Positions 63,476 to 64,000 of a DNA stretch of 64,000 nucleotides are shown here, piece after piece. The notes beneath the pieces were generated by a model that was not told the DNA's origin, did no database searches, and saw only the letters and a list, made by a program, of their open reading frames with translations. This DNA comes from a virus (taxonomy: Duplodnaviria > Caudoviricetes): positions 64,001 through 128,000 of IMG/VR virus record IMGVR_UViG_3300014204_000114, one strand, 5' to 3'. The stretch's first letter is position 1. Every line of letters begins with the position of its first letter. The position numbers and the translations under genes are program-made.

Positions 63476-63954
63476 AAAATTATCTGGGTTTCAGGTTGCT
63501 GATTTTTGGCACATAACTTTGGATGGCAAGTACCCATTATGTGTTCAAACGGAAGCTGATAAGAGATTTTGGGATGGATACGAAGTTAAGTTAAGTGACA
63601 GCGAAATTCCGGAAGATGGTTTCGTCTGCGGAATATGTTTTGTTTTACAAGGAAAGGAGAAAAGGAAAAATGAAGTTAGTATTGAATGAGGGAGATGTAC
63701 AGCTTGAACTTAAGAAAGAATTTTGCGAAGAGTTCGGGATAGATAAAGATAATTGCGAAGCTCCAAGTCCCCAAGAAAGAGCTAATATGGACTTTATTGT
63801 AGGAGTTGAAAAGTGGATAAAAGAAAATAAGAATCCCGGAGTTGATGGAGTCAAACTTGTGATAGTAGAGGCAGACGACTCTAAAGATTTCTATCTTAAT
63901 ACTCATAGCGAATGGACAGCTAACGAGTTTATAGAGTACACGGAGTTTGAATGA
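63432..63954 (+). CDS. Two small hypothetical proteins
   Basis: ORF track. Confidence 0.5.
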
Positions 63955-64000
63955 AACTAATTGACGTATTAGTATTCTGCGATCTATGTAAAAGCAAATC

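Noticed and set aside
1-64000. Genome-wide UAG recoding suggested by the CUA tRNA
   Set aside because: Genes are full length under the standard code and many end in TAG followed by a proper SD and start; no conserved gene here is broken by in-frame TAG. Recoding elsewhere in the genome cannot be excluded.
1-64000. CRISPR array, rRNA genes, virion structural genes
   Set aside because: No regularly spaced direct repeats or recognisable motifs seen by eye

Overview
AT-rich, densely packed segment of a large (probably jumbo-class) bacteriophage genome. Almost all genes lie on the + strand, with AGGAG Shine-Dalgarno sites and sigma70-type promoters; the host is probably anaerobic (ferredoxin, radical SAM enzymes, class II-type RNR). 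The left half holds mostly small accessory ORFs, two IS200/IS605 insertions (tnpA+tnpB, and tnpB alone), a radical SAM enzyme near four paralogues sharing an MxKIRxG(F/L)VSNSSSSSF N-terminus, and a duplicated phage-encoded ubiquitin-like pathway (E2-like, JAB, ThiF/E1 twice, plus one di-ubiquitin-like gene). The right half holds the DNA metabolism block: intein-containing RNR, RecA, family-4 UDG, and a DNA polymerase III alpha (DnaE) broken into four genes over about 12.4 kb with three inteins, one of them split around a free-standing LAGLIDADG gene. Four tRNA genes are present. The most striking element missed by the ORF track is at 52065-52903: a promoter, a leaderless micro-ORF MKIEFS-(UAG)-IQRAPP-(UGA) followed by an anti-SD, an unknown protein, a Pth2-like hydrolase and an amber-suppressor tRNA(CUA). 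This looks like a stop-codon-readthrough-sensing translational switch. All product calls come from motif recognition by eye; no database searches were run.
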